Origin: a virus
Taxonomy: Duplodnaviria; Caudoviricetes
Reading direction: 5' to 3' (one strand)
DNA length: 38,702 bases
Virus record (IMG/VR): IMGVR_UViG_3300036982_000387
Location: 1 to 38,702 of that record
Below, one piece after another: positions 18,522 through 29,298 of this stretch. The first letter of the stretch is position 1. Each line of letters begins with the position of its first letter. The notes beneath the pieces were generated by a model, which searched no databases, was not told where the DNA came from, and saw nothing but the letters and a program-made list of their open reading frames with translations. A program made the translations under genes and the position numbers.

Positions 18522-18937
18522 GAGTATCACTAGGGCAAGTCGAAAAAGATTTAACTGATTACCTGGCTGCGAATTTGCCGAGCGGGATAATCGCCTCGCG
18601 TGTTGAGTGGCCTAACGCGCCATTTACAACGCCTAGCAATTTGCCATGGGTAAGAGCGACAATCGGCTCACCGGTGCGAATCGACAAAGACGCGGCAAAT
18701 AGTTTTCGGATTTATCAGGGATTTTTTTACGTTGATGTTTTCTATCCGAAAAAAACCGGCTCAGTTGCAGCTATGACAACTGCCGAATCTATCTCATTGA
18801 GCTTTGACGGGGCTGCAATGCCTTATACTGTGTGCCTAAGCGCTGAGCCGGAAGTGATCGGTGCCGAGGCCGATACGCCGTGGTATCACGTACAAGTAAT
18901 CTGTTTATACCAATATCAATCTATTACCGGAGTTTAA
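18518..18937 (+). CDS. tail terminator protein
   Basis: WPNAPF...PWVR...G...VDVFYPK.TG pattern; upstream of the tail tube gene. Confidence 0.7.
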   Translation: MRVSLGQVEKDLTDYLAANLPSGIIASRVEWPNAPFTTPSNLPWVRATIGSPVRIDKDAANSFRIYQGFFYVDVFYPKKTGSVAAMTTAESISLSFDGAAMPYTVCLSAEPEVIGAEADTPWYHVQVICLYQYQSITGV

Positions 18938-18940
18938 AAA

Positions 18941-20131
18941 ATGGCGCTTACCCCTACAGCAGTTGCCAATTCAGCACTATCAAAACGCGATACAGTTTTA
19001 TTAACTTCATTGCAAACCAATTACGGTGCAATTAACACTAGCCCTGTATTTGAGACAGTTCGCCGTGTTAGTGGTGGCACAATTAAGAAAGTGAATTACA
19101 CCCAATCAGGTGAAATTGTTGCAGGATACAATCCACAAAACCAAGTGCAGAGCGGAATTGATTTAACCTGCGCATTTGAAACCGAAGCAAGCAAGCAAAC
19201 AATTAAATATTTAATTGAGGCGCTTTATGCTGAGGATACTAGCTACACAAACACAGCTAGCACCTTTGCCTCACTAGTTAATGGCTTTACCGTTCCGGCA
19301 GCAACTTATGCTGCATTGAGCGCTGGCGATGGTTTTTGGGTTAATGGCTTTGCAAACACTTTAATCAGCGGTTTCTATTTTGTTGCATCGAAAAGCGGCG
19401 GCACAACTATTGCGACTACTATCGCGCCGGTAGCGACTGAGGCGGCAGGCGCAAGCGTTACAATCAAATCAAACAAGCACCTGAACAGCAATGACCCTTA
19501 CTATCGCACGTTCCAAACGGCTACAACTGACTTAAGCACTGTAAGTGATGTATCCCGCCACACTGTTTATGACGCAATACCCAATACAGGCTCTGTTTCG
19601 ATCCCAGAAGAGGGGGCGGTTACCGGCTCGTTTGAATACATGGCCGAGCGGGAAGTTTCAGGCTACGAAGCGATTGCAGGACAAACAGTTACCGCCGCGC
19701 CTACTGACTTGGTTGTAAGTGCTGTGGATGGAGTTAAAGCGTTTTACGTCAATGGACTGTCTGCAACTTGCATCATGAAATCAATGGATGTGAGCATCTC
19801 TTTGGCTCAAGCCGGCGATAATGCGGCGGCATGTGGTAAACGCTACTCGCGCGGAACACCAGAGTTTACAGGCTCGGCAGTATTGCGAGCTTTGCGTGAT
19901 GCACCGTTTACGTGGCGCAACTACGCACACGGCGGCACTCGCGTTTCAGTAGCGTGCAGAATGTCACACGGCGGCGCTGATGAAACTGTGATTGTGTTCA
20001 CTCGTTGCGTAGTTACAGAAGCAACCCCAGACCTAGACGCTGATATTGTGACGACTTCGGCCTCATTCAGTGCCGAGCTAGACCCAACACTAGGCTATAG
20101 CGTTGGCGTGTTCACCAACTGGACTGTTTAA
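18941..20131 (+). CDS. major tail (tube) protein
   Basis: 396 aa, Thr/Ala-rich, RBS GGAG, lies before the chaperone and tape measure genes. Confidence 0.75.
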   Translation: MALTPTAVANSALSKRDTVLLTSLQTNYGAINTSPVFETVRRVSGGTIKKVNYTQSGEIVAGYNPQNQVQSGIDLTCAFETEASKQTIKYLIEALYAEDTSYTNTASTFASLVNGFTVPAATYAALSAGDGFWVNGFANTLISGFYFVASKSGGTTIATTIAPVATEAAGASVTIKSNKHLNSNDPYYRTFQTATTDLSTVSDVSRHTVYDAIPNTGSVSIPEEGAVTGSFEYMAEREVSGYEAIAGQTVTAAPTDLVVSAVDGVKAFYVNGLSATCIMKSMDVSISLAQAGDNAAACGKRYSRGTPEFTGSAVLRALRDAPFTWRNYAHGGTRVSVACRMSHGGADETVIVFTRCVVTEATPDLDADIVTTSASFSAELDPTLGYSVGVFTNWTV

Positions 20132-20132
20132 G

Positions 20133-20534
20133 ATGCAGCTAAGCGCGTTTAAAGAGTGTGTAAAAAAGCAAAACGGCGGATTCCCATTTGTTTTGGGTTC
20201 CGCAACTTACACTTTGCGGCGATGGGGGACGAAAGAATCTGAAAGGTTCCTTGTAAGCCTTCGCCGTGAGCTTTACGGCGCGTTTAGCGATTCGCCAGAA
20301 TACTTTCCCGAAGTTATCGCGCACTGGCTTGCAGGCTATGGCGTGATGGATTGGGAAGGGGTCATGCAGGATGATGGCGAATTAATACTGCACACAGAAG
20401 CTATAGCAAGGCATGTATTTTTAGACCAAGGCTATTGGCTATCGCTAAACATGGAATTATTCGCAGCAGCCCAAAAGTTTGAGAACTTCCTTGAAGATAT
20501 TGCCAAGGAGGACGCAGAAGATTTAAAAAAGTAG
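20133..20534 (+). CDS. tail assembly chaperone (gpG-like)
   Basis: Between tube and TMP genes; DWEGV motif; ends in a slippery sequence. Confidence 0.75.
   Translation: MQLSAFKECVKKQNGGFPFVLGSATYTLRRWGTKESERFLVSLRRELYGAFSDSPEYFPEVIAHWLAGYGVMDWEGVMQDDGELILHTEAIARHVFLDQGYWLSLNMELFAAAQKFENFLEDIAKEDAEDLKK
20522..20531 (+). other. -1 programmed frameshift site
   Basis: T TTA AAA AAG just before TAG; the -1 frame is open to 20842. Confidence 0.8.
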
Positions 20535-20842
20535 TCGCGTGGGTGTTCAATGAAAACAACACCTACGAAACATGGAAAGACGCTAAAAAGTTGGGCGCGC
20601 TTGATAAACTGGAAGCGGCAAGGCCAAAAGTTAAGGCTTTAATTTATGAGTTTTACAATGCGTTTAGCGCCTTGCGCCGTGAAGCCGAAGACATGAAAAT
20701 TCTAAAGCGCTGCGATATCGAAAGAGCCGTTGAAACGATATACTACGAACAAGACAAAGCTGTCGAGATCATCCAAAAAGCTGATGATTATTATTTGAAA
20801 CTTTGCGATGCAAAAATTAAACGGATGGCCGCGAAAAAATGA
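20531..20842 (+). CDS. tail chaperone frameshift extension (gpT-like)
   Basis: -1 frame relative to gpG, no good start/RBS of its own, ATGA overlap with TMP. Confidence 0.7.
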   Translation, partial: VVAWVFNENNTYETWKDAKKLGALDKLEAARPKVKALIYEFYNAFSALRREAEDMKILKRCDIERAVETIYYEQDKAVEIIQKADDYYLKLCDAKIKRMAAKK

Positions 20843-23031
20843 CAACTACCGCAACCCGCACAATCCGAATAATAGTAGATTCCTCTAACTCAGAGAGCAA
20901 TATCAACCAGATAAACAACCGCCTAGATCAAACCACTCAGAACACAAACCGCGCATCATTTGCCATGAATAAACTGGCCGCTGCTATTGCTTCGGTGGTG
21001 TCTGTTTATGCTGCAATGAATGCGGTAAAGGGTATCGCGGCTATTGGTGATGAATACGCAAAAATTACCGGCCTGCTTAGAAACGCCACCGAATCACAAG
21101 AGCAATTCAACGCAGCTCTAGCAATGTCAAAGCAGGTTGCAGAATCAACCCGCGCATCACTTACTGGAACCGTTGAAACTTTCTCAGCGCTTAACCGAGT
21201 AACGCAGGGCACTGGCAGAAGCCAATTAGAGTTATTTGGTATTCTCGAAACGATCAATAAATCCATTGCGCTAACCTCACCAAATGCGGTAAGCGCGGCG
21301 GCGGCATTAACGCAATTTGGGCAGGCATTGGGTGGAGACTTCAAGGCGGGCGCGCAAGAGTTAAACTCAATATTAGAACAAGCCCCAGGTCTGGCTGAGG
21401 CCGTGGCGAGAGGATTGGGGGTGCCAACTTCCGCGCTAAAGAAAATGGGTGAGGAAGGCGAGCTTTCGTCTGAAAAAGTTTTAGACGCACTTAAAGAAGT
21501 TGCTGATGACGTTGAGACCAGATTCCAAAAGATACCAAAAACAGTATCGGGGACTTTGCAATTAATTAAAAACGACTTGCTAGTTACTTTTGGTGAAAGT
21601 GACGTTGCCTCGCCTCTGGTAAGCTCACTTGAAGAGCTTAGGGATACACTAAGAGATCCGGCTGTAAGAGAGGGACTTATTTCTCTCGCATCGGCATTAA
21701 TAACAATAACCGGATGGGCGGCTAAAGCTGCTTCAACATTTGCAGCGCTTGGGAAAAACATAGGATTCTTTTTTGCGAGCGTTACTGGTCAAGTTTCTGA
21801 AGTTGACGCACTAGAGCGCAAGATTAAAAACTTGGATAGCGCTTTGAATGGCGGGTTTATATCTAGTCTTAACGAAAAATTTGCATTTAGAAACGCAGAA
21901 GAAACAAAAGCGCTGCGAGACTCATATCAAGCGCGCATTGACGCCATAAACGAGGGCATAACAGGCGTAAAAAAAGCACAAGAGCAATCCAATTCGCCGG
22001 ATATTAAATTCGATGCGCCTAATCTTGAGTTTGACTTGCCTGACATAGAGGCAGGGCTTAAGGCAGGCTATGAGGCGCAAGAGGAGCTAGCAAGGCAGCA
22101 CGCCAAAAACCTAGAGAGCATAGAGACCGACTTCTGGGAGCGAGTTAATCGCGAGGATAGAGAGCAATCGCAAATAGATAGCGCAAAACGCACAACCGAA
22201 AGCATGATTTTTGAGCTTCAGTCGCGCGCCCAAGCAGCGCAGTTTTATCGCGATCTTAATCTAGCTAAAGATAAGGGAGTTTATGAGCAAGAGCGGCTAA
22301 TTTTACAGGCAGGAACACAAGATAAGCTTGCGGATATTGAGCAGCGGGCGGCTGAAGACATAGCAAGGCGCGCCGAGGCGCTTGAGGGAACGATTAACTA
22401 TGAAACAATGACTGCTGACCATATCAAATCTTTGCGTGATGAGGCTCGCAATCAAGACTTAATTGCGGAGATGACCTACGAGCAGCAAAAAATAGCAATA
22501 AAAGAAGATGCCGCAAGGCGGCGAGTAGAAATCGACGAGTTGGAAAAAAAATCCAGAATGGCCTCATTTGGCGCGCTAGGCAATGCGTTGATGAGTTTGG
22601 GCGAAGGCCAAAGCCGTAAAGTTTTTGAGACTGGTAAGGCGTTGGCTTTGGCGCAAGCTGCTGTTTCGCTTCCTTCCGCTGTTATCCAGTCGTTTAAAAA
22701 TGGTGGTGGATACCCTTGGGGCTTGGTGCCAGCGGCTGCAATGCTTGCGACTGGACTAAAGAATATTCAGCAAATCAAATCTGCAAAGTTTGGCGGCGGT
22801 ACTGCTAGCGCAACAGTTGGGGGTGGCGCAGCTTCTGGGGGCTTACCAACAACCGCAAATCAGTCAAGCGGCGAAACTTTTAAACAAAAGCAGGTTATTG
22901 AAGTGCGCGGAATAAATAAGGATTCGCTTATCACTGGAGAGCAGTTAGTCGATATAATGAAGACTAATGACAATGTAATAGTGGCGCTTGCGGGTGCGCA
23001 GCAAGACGCGCAGCGAAGAGGTGTGATCTAA
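20839..23031 (+). CDS. tape measure protein
   Basis: AAALTQFGQALGG...QELNSILEQAPGLAEAVARGLGV...LKKMGEEGEL tape-measure domain; Ala-rich helical. Confidence 0.9.
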   Translation: MTTTATRTIRIIVDSSNSESNINQINNRLDQTTQNTNRASFAMNKLAAAIASVVSVYAAMNAVKGIAAIGDEYAKITGLLRNATESQEQFNAALAMSKQVAESTRASLTGTVETFSALNRVTQGTGRSQLELFGILETINKSIALTSPNAVSAAAALTQFGQALGGDFKAGAQELNSILEQAPGLAEAVARGLGVPTSALKKMGEEGELSSEKVLDALKEVADDVETRFQKIPKTVSGTLQLIKNDLLVTFGESDVASPLVSSLEELRDTLRDPAVREGLISLASALITITGWAAKAASTFAALGKNIGFFFASVTGQVSEVDALERKIKNLDSALNGGFISSLNEKFAFRNAEETKALRDSYQARIDAINEGITGVKKAQEQSNSPDIKFDAPNLEFDLPDIEAGLKAGYEAQEELARQHAKNLESIETDFWERVNREDREQSQIDSAKRTTESMIFELQSRAQAAQFYRDLNLAKDKGVYEQERLILQAGTQDKLADIEQRAAEDIARRAEALEGTINYETMTADHIKSLRDEARNQDLIAEMTYEQQKIAIKEDAARRRVEIDELEKKSRMASFGALGNALMSLGEGQSRKVFETGKALALAQAAVSLPSAVIQSFKNGGGYPWGLVPAAAMLATGLKNIQQIKSAKFGGGTASATVGGGAASGGLPTTANQSSGETFKQKQVIEVRGINKDSLITGEQLVDIMKTNDNVIVALAGAQQDAQRRGVI

Positions 23032-23837
23032 TGTCGAATACTTATGTAGTAAGCAGCGTAAGCACGCAGGATAATATCTGCAAGTCAGTACTAGGGTTTG
23101 ATAATGTGATGATTGATAGCTTAGTTGTTGCCTCAAGCGAGGATGATGCCTACCCAGTCGGCTTGGCTTACGACTACAAAACAAATACTGAATATTCACC
23201 TTTTGTTCAAAGCGGGTATGTTGTTATAGATTTTACGCAATCAAACCCCACTGAAATAAACTATTTTGGGCTATTTTCAAAAAATGCGCGTGACTGTGGG
23301 CTTAGTTTTATATTTGAGGTTAAAGACATCGTAACAGGCAATTATGTTGAGGTTGGCGCACGCGGATCATTTGAAAACGGCTCCCCGCAGATGCTTTATT
23401 TTGAGCCAATACTTTCTTTTACTCAACGCCTTACAATATATTTTATTCGCAAATGCTATATAGCGAGCCTTGCAACTGGCAAAGCGATTGTGTTTAGCCG
23501 AACAGTCTCGCAGGGCTACCAACCTGCAAGAAACGCATCTATAGACGAGGTTTCTAACTTCTCAACCGATGGAAATAACTTTGTGCAAGGCCGAAGAATT
23601 GTGAACGGATATCAAGAAAAAGCACCAATCAATTACCAGAACTATGCCTTTATAGATACATGGTGGCGCAGATTTATGAACCACGTTTTAGATTCAAAGC
23701 CGCTGTATTTTATGGCAAATAATCAGCATCCGCTTAACTGTGTTTTTGGGCTTCAAAATCCTTCATCTATGCCAAAACCAAGCTATAAAAACAGCGACGA
23801 AACTGATTTAGAATTTGAGATAAACGGGTGGGCTTGA
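23031..23837 (+). CDS. distal tail protein (putative)
   Basis: Synteny after TMP. Confidence 0.55.
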   Translation: MSNTYVVSSVSTQDNICKSVLGFDNVMIDSLVVASSEDDAYPVGLAYDYKTNTEYSPFVQSGYVVIDFTQSNPTEINYFGLFSKNARDCGLSFIFEVKDIVTGNYVEVGARGSFENGSPQMLYFEPILSFTQRLTIYFIRKCYIASLATGKAIVFSRTVSQGYQPARNASIDEVSNFSTDGNNFVQGRRIVNGYQEKAPINYQNYAFIDTWWRRFMNHVLDSKPLYFMANNQHPLNCVFGLQNPSSMPKPSYKNSDETDLEFEINGWA

Positions 23838-26383
23838 TGAGTTATTCTTTACGAAAAGCAAAATCAGGCCAAGAGGTTGTTAAAAAAATCACTCTATATC
23901 TCAATGCGTGCAAATACACGCAGGGCGATTTCATAACTCAAAGCCAGCTTATTACAGATAACCCAAGTGTAATTTCATCATCATCAGTCGGTGGGGCGCT
24001 TGTTTTTACGCACACCAATAGCCCAGACTGGATTGCAACATGGGCTGACTATCCAACATACCCATACTTGTACTTTGTGATTAGAGGCGAAGCTATCAAG
24101 GTTCAAGTGGTAAGCAGTACGCAGGTCACTATTATTGAGCGTGGAATGTTTGGGACAACTCCGGTATCTATAACGCGATACAGCGTCGTACGTATTGACC
24201 ACGGCGGGCGATTAGATAAGTCATGCTTCGGCTATTCGCAAACATGCTCTACTACAGATTCTTACTCAACGAGCGCAATAAAAGAGCTGGTATTTTCATC
24301 TGCCCCGCTCCCGTCTGGCAGCGTGTACCACGGCGGGCTAAATTTCAGGGATGTGAGCTATACATCATCGGAATTAAAGCCTGGCGAGGCGATTTCTAGT
24401 CGTTCAAAAATATCATTCAAAATCTCTGACCAGATGCACAATGATTATGATTTTGTTTACTGGCCAGAGCAGAGAGTAAAAACCGGCACGCTTTTTGGTA
24501 AGCTGCTTGCAAGAAATCCCTATTTCAACGGCAGGACAGTTAAGTATTCCGTCGGGCTTAGAGATGCGGGGAAAATAACTGAGCCAGACTGGGAGGACAG
24601 AAAGTTTTTAATCGACGACATTAATCTTAGTGATGATGTTTTTTCGGCATCTGGGCTAGATCCTCTTATTTTGACTGAAGGCAAAAAGGCAAAAATGCCC
24701 ATCGTGGCCACTGCGCAATTAACTACTGCGATAACATCGGGATCTACAAGCGTGCAGTTCGGTAACGCTTCAGCCGGTTATTTTGGTTCAAGCGGTAATT
24801 TAATTGTACGCATAGACTCAGAGCTGATAGAGGTAACTGCAAACGGCACCTCAACCATGCCAATTGTAAATAGAGGCTTTGGCCGCTCAGAAGTTAAAGA
24901 TCACTCTATCAACGCAACAGTACAAAATTGCATACGTTTTATTGATGAACATGTTGTTGATTGCATAACCTACGCGCTAGAAACGTGGACACAGGTGCCT
25001 GCTGAATTTATAGATGATTACTCTGATGTGATTGCTCTAAATCCAACAGCAATAATAAGCGACTATGTTTTATCGTCGCCGAGGGATGTTGTCGATTTTA
25101 TTAATATGTGTATCTTTATCGGCAATTTGAGTTTTTATTTTGATGATGTCGAGCAAAAGATCGTAATCAAATACGTGACAGAATTTAGCGCAAATCAAGT
25201 TTATATCGACGACATAAACACTATTAAAAAAGGCACGGGGAAAAGAGACTTAAACTATAAAGAGCAGTGGACTAGGTTTAATTTATCGTGGGCACCTTTT
25301 GACATAACAAAAGACACAGATCAAAAGAACTACCAAACTAGCCTAACTGCAATTAATGCAGATCTTGAGTCACCAAACAAGCGCGGTGAAGTAAACGAAA
25401 AGAAGGCAATTCTTGTGCCAATGCTTACCGCTAGTTCGGCTGATTACCTTTTGGGAGCAGCGGCAGTAAACAGAGTATTAACAGAATCTAAACAGGTGCC
25501 GGACATTTTCGAGTGCGAGCTTGACGCTGAGTCAATCGGCGATACGCAAGGCGCAAGGCTAGAGCTTGGTAGTGTTGTAAGCATAAAGACTAGCTCCAAT
25601 CAAGATAAATCCGGGCAAGCAATCGCAGGTCTTTATCAAGCCGTTCGAATCAGCGGCGATGCCTTTGCAGGATTTAAAGTTAAGTTTAAGCGATTTCAGT
25701 CGTTTATACCGCAGCTTAGCGAGTACGATTACGCCATAGAGCCGGGGACATATATTAACTACGTGCTGACCGATCACTTTAACCCGCCGAGCGAAGGTGT
25801 CTACACAGTCTACATTAAGGAAGGGTCTGTTTTTGGTAGTTATAATGCTGCAATCGCAGCGTTTAGAACCGGAATGCCAGCCGCAGGGGTTTCTTTCAGA
25901 TTTATTGCACGATGGCAGTTAATGGGCATGGGCGGAGCTGGTGGTGATGCCGGCATTTACGGAACCCCAAACGAGCAAGGCGAAGTCGGCGGCACTGCTT
26001 TTGAGGCCAACTGCGATGTCGAGATAGATAACGGCGTTGGTCTTATTTGGGCGGGCGGCGGCGGCGGTGATGGACAGTCGTACTTATCATATCCCGGCCC
26101 TACATTTATTCCTAGATTAGGTGGCGGCGGCGGTCAAGGTTATGGTTACTCTGTTGCCGGCAGAAGCACAAACGGCATATCTTTTGTATCAAGTGCAGAA
26201 GGCGGAAATATCACAACAGCCGGAAATTATGAAAACGAAAACTTCGGTGGGGGGTGGGGCGAAGATGGATATAATGCGACAGGAAGGTCAAGCAATGCCG
26301 GAATAGCTGTAAAATCAAACGGTTTTTCGGTAACATTCACAGCAGGTGATAATACTAACTCAATCAGAGGCAGAAGAACATGA
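23837..26383 (+). CDS. tail tip/hub protein
   Basis: ~850 aa; two IRGE/IDSE...RG.GT repeat domains; Gly-rich C-terminus. Confidence 0.7.
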   Translation: MSYSLRKAKSGQEVVKKITLYLNACKYTQGDFITQSQLITDNPSVISSSSVGGALVFTHTNSPDWIATWADYPTYPYLYFVIRGEAIKVQVVSSTQVTIIERGMFGTTPVSITRYSVVRIDHGGRLDKSCFGYSQTCSTTDSYSTSAIKELVFSSAPLPSGSVYHGGLNFRDVSYTSSELKPGEAISSRSKISFKISDQMHNDYDFVYWPEQRVKTGTLFGKLLARNPYFNGRTVKYSVGLRDAGKITEPDWEDRKFLIDDINLSDDVFSASGLDPLILTEGKKAKMPIVATAQLTTAITSGSTSVQFGNASAGYFGSSGNLIVRIDSELIEVTANGTSTMPIVNRGFGRSEVKDHSINATVQNCIRFIDEHVVDCITYALETWTQVPAEFIDDYSDVIALNPTAIISDYVLSSPRDVVDFINMCIFIGNLSFYFDDVEQKIVIKYVTEFSANQVYIDDINTIKKGTGKRDLNYKEQWTRFNLSWAPFDITKDTDQKNYQTSLTAINADLESPNKRGEVNEKKAILVPMLTASSADYLLGAAAVNRVLTESKQVPDIFECELDAESIGDTQGARLELGSVVSIKTSSNQDKSGQAIAGLYQAVRISGDAFAGFKVKFKRFQSFIPQLSEYDYAIEPGTYINYVLTDHFNPPSEGVYTVYIKEGSVFGSYNAAIAAFRTGMPAAGVSFRFIARWQLMGMGGAGGDAGIYGTPNEQGEVGGTAFEANCDVEIDNGVGLIWAGGGGGDGQSYLSYPGPTFIPRLGGGGGQGYGYSVAGRSTNGISFVSSAEGGNITTAGNYENENFGGGWGEDGYNATGRSSNAGIAVKSNGFSVTFTAGDNTNSIRGRRT

Positions 26384-28215
26384 TTTTAGTGCCGCAGAGC
26401 ATTACAGCGTTGGCCGAAACCGATCTAATCGGATCAGGTAAAAATATCGTTGCCGGCGCTTCGGTAAGCATTACAAAGTCAGGCGGCGGTAGCGCAACAA
26501 TCTATTCTGATGCTGCAGGAACTACAACAATAACCCTCCCAACAGTTACCGATTCAAGCGGTGAGCTATTATTTTACATTGAGAGCGGTAGCTATATTTA
26601 CACAATAGCAGGATCGGCATACCCTGTTTTTGTTGGCGATAAAAATCAAGTAGTAACAGTCGAAACATTTTCAGCCCTAGCCACAACAGCAGCAACTACA
26701 GCGGGTATGGTTGTCTACGTTAAGCATCATACAAGTGGTGGGGTTGGCGGTGGGCACTTTAAAGACACAGCAGGAACGATCACTAATGATGGTGGCACCG
26801 TAATAAACAACACTGTTACGGCTGGTAGACATTGGAGTCGAATCGACACTGAAATGCTTTCTATTGATGATTTTGGCGCAAGTCCTTCATCAACTTCGCA
26901 AACTGACTCTGCTTTAACACTGATAATGGCGTCAACGCAAAAATACTTCTATGTGCCAGCGGCATCTTACACAACCAATAAATCATTTTCACAGCTAACA
27001 AAAACATTTTTTGGCCCAGGGCAAATTACCACTGCCTCAGATTCGTTGCCAGGTAACTATACCTACGTGGCAACGAAACCCGTTTTTCCCGCTGGTAGCG
27101 GCCTGCCCTATGATTTTCAGGGCGATATAACCAAAACCGAAGCCAAATACTATGTTTTGGGATCAGGCGTAAGAACATCACTTACTGATAACTATTTTCA
27201 GGCTCAGACAACACCAAAATTTACGGTGTTTGATAATAGAGCAGGAAGTAGTGGAACGCTGGCCTTAACATTAAATGCCCCAGCCGCAGGCACTGCGGTT
27301 TTTCAGTTTAGTAGCACTGCTGGGTTTTATGTTGGGCAAGTGCTTGGGATTAACGATGCCAGCGACAATATAACGGATATAAGAACAGTTACAGAGGTGT
27401 CCGCAGGATATGTGACTGTTGATGCAGCGCTTTCAAATAGCTATCCCATTGGGACTAGAGTTACAGACTCAAAAAGGACGATGTGCCCATCTGACAGAGT
27501 TGATGTTTTTCATCGTGGCGGTGGCGATGCTTATGCATGGCTTGCGCGGGTAGAGGTCAGCAAAGCTCCCCTGGCCTCGCAAAGTCACATATTTTTTAAC
27601 GCTACTGGTGGGATAGTTGGTGGGGATTTGAATGCGTCCGCCAATGGTGTATTCCTGACGGGATCTGAAATACAACACAATGATAATGGTTTTGATATTG
27701 GTGCAGTTGGTAGTATTTTAAATTTCAATCGGTCAAACGCGACAGGCGCTCGCGGGGCTTTTTGGGCTGGTGTTCTTCTAAAGTCGGAAGGAACTCAGCC
27801 TATGAACTCAGGATTTTCGGTAGGCGGGAAATTTAATACGGGGCTAGACACCGTAAAAGCTGATTTTGGCACAACAGGAATGGCGGTAAGTCTTGCTGCC
27901 GATCAGAAAATTGGTTTTGATTCAAGTGCGACAGACATGGCTGGTTACTCAGTGATTGGTAATGTGATGGCGACAACGTACATGCAAAAGAAATCGTCCC
28001 TTTCAAGGATGGAGAATTATTACGAGGGAACACTAAGCTTCGTTTGGAACGCAGCTAAGCTGGCAACTACGGGATATATTGAAGCTGGTACGCATATAAG
28101 CGTACCGGTGAATGGTCGTGTTTATTTGAATGGCTTTGGTAGTACGACCTTTATTGATTACAATGGCACAAATATCCGAGCCTCAAAAGCCGGTGTTATC
28201 ACAAACTTAGCATAG
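26380..28215 (+). CDS. tail fibre/tailspike
   Basis: N-terminal ATIYSDAAGT...TDSSGELLFY head-binding-like domain, GGGHF...NDGGTVI...W.R module, SIDDFGA start of a beta-rich domain. Confidence 0.8.
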   Translation: MILVPQSITALAETDLIGSGKNIVAGASVSITKSGGGSATIYSDAAGTTTITLPTVTDSSGELLFYIESGSYIYTIAGSAYPVFVGDKNQVVTVETFSALATTAATTAGMVVYVKHHTSGGVGGGHFKDTAGTITNDGGTVINNTVTAGRHWSRIDTEMLSIDDFGASPSSTSQTDSALTLIMASTQKYFYVPAASYTTNKSFSQLTKTFFGPGQITTASDSLPGNYTYVATKPVFPAGSGLPYDFQGDITKTEAKYYVLGSGVRTSLTDNYFQAQTTPKFTVFDNRAGSSGTLALTLNAPAAGTAVFQFSSTAGFYVGQVLGINDASDNITDIRTVTEVSAGYVTVDAALSNSYPIGTRVTDSKRTMCPSDRVDVFHRGGGDAYAWLARVEVSKAPLASQSHIFFNATGGIVGGDLNASANGVFLTGSEIQHNDNGFDIGAVGSILNFNRSNATGARGAFWAGVLLKSEGTQPMNSGFSVGGKFNTGLDTVKADFGTTGMAVSLAADQKIGFDSSATDMAGYSVIGNVMATTYMQKKSSLSRMENYYEGTLSFVWNAAKLATTGYIEAGTHISVPVNGRVYLNGFGSTTFIDYNGTNIRASKAGVITNLA

Positions 28216-28222
28216 GAAAATT

Positions 28223-28429
28223 ATGGAAAACTTAGATAAGAAAGATTACCTAATCCAAGCGTTGATTCACCAAAGGGATGAGGCATTAAATGCATTGGCG
28301 CAATCTCATGCAAACTTTGAGGTTCTTACTGCTGAGGCTAATAGGCTTGGTAAAAATGTCATCGCACTTACTAACGAGCTGGATGGATTGCGCGGATTCC
28401 CAGCAGAGCAAGAAAATGAAATCAATTAA
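28223..28429 (+). CDS. small coiled-coil protein (fibre-associated)
   Basis: RBS AGGA; follows the fibre gene. Confidence 0.65.
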   Translation: MENLDKKDYLIQALIHQRDEALNALAQSHANFEVLTAEANRLGKNVIALTNELDGLRGFPAEQENEIN

Positions 28430-28538
28430 CGGTATTATTGGTGTTTAGTCATATATTCTAAAGTGATACGCTGACACTCAGTTCGCTATCAAATAATACT
28501 TGTGCATAATGGTCAAACCTAAAAAACTGGAGAATATC

Positions 28539-28595
28539 ATGGCAACACGTAAATCAGGAAACAAAAGCGGCTCAAAAGTGAGAGTCCGTAAATGA
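28539..28595 (+). CDS. 18-aa basic peptide
   Basis: RBS GGAGA, MATRKSGNKSGSKVRVRK, ATGA overlap with the next gene. Confidence 0.5.
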   Translation: MATRKSGNKSGSKVRVRK

Positions 28596-29035
28596 AAAAG
28601 AATGCCGCTGTAATTGCGGCTTTTTTATGTGTTTTATTTTATGCGATGCCGTGGCATTTGCTAGTGCCAGACCCATTTTATGTGCACGTAGCTAGTATCG
28701 CGGCTAGTACTGCTCTAGTTATCGTATGCGCACTATTGAGTCGTGCAATGTGGTCTACAGTCATCCAGTGCGTAGAGTCGGCCTGTGTGATATGGCAGGC
28801 GAAAATAATTATGAATTGGGACAATCAGCAAGATATTTTTTACCTGCTTCACGATGATTTTATGCTGTTAGCGTTTGGAATTGAGCTACTCTTTCTAGCA
28901 AATCAAACCCCAATTTACAGGACGCTCAGGGATGCCATATCAAACACTACCAGACGTGCATTTCTGGCTCTTGTGCGCGTATATCCTAGTCAGCGTGAGC
29001 TGCACGATACACATAACATTAAAGGGAATTATTAA
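28592..29035 (+). CDS. multi-TM membrane protein
   Basis: Three to four hydrophobic segments; start of the lysis region. Confidence 0.65.
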   Translation: MKKNAAVIAAFLCVLFYAMPWHLLVPDPFYVHVASIAASTALVIVCALLSRAMWSTVIQCVESACVIWQAKIIMNWDNQQDIFYLLHDDFMLLAFGIELLFLANQTPIYRTLRDAISNTTRRAFLALVRVYPSQRELHDTHNIKGNY

Positions 29036-29298
29036 TGCTATCAGATGCTATCGAGCTGCTAAAAAATAAAATAGTTTCGGGTGTTGGTGCTGGCGGCTTG
29101 GTGGTTTCAGCGGAGGCAACGAAGGGCGGCTATATTGATTTAGCCCATCACGGTTTTTGGATTCTTTCATTCGCTAGTTGGATGCAGATTATCGGCTGTC
29201 TTTGGATAAGTATTTTAATACTTGAAAAGATCGGCGTTTTTAAGCTCATTAAATATTTATTTGAGAGATTTAGAAAATGGCAGAATCAAATAAAATGA
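29035..29298 (+). CDS. putative holin/antiholin
   Basis: Small TM protein with a basic C-terminus, upstream of the endolysin. Confidence 0.5.
   Translation: MLSDAIELLKNKIVSGVGAGGLVVSAEATKGGYIDLAHHGFWILSFASWMQIIGCLWISILILEKIGVFKLIKYLFERFRKWQNQIK

Noticed and set aside
21006-21761. 251-aa minus-strand ORF within the tape measure gene
   Set aside because: Antisense shadow caused by the codon bias of an Ala/Ser-rich gene.
29277-29297. Holin dual-start motif (Met1...Lys-Met7)
   Set aside because: The spacing is longer than in the lambda S motif and there is no supporting RNA structure; too weak to call.
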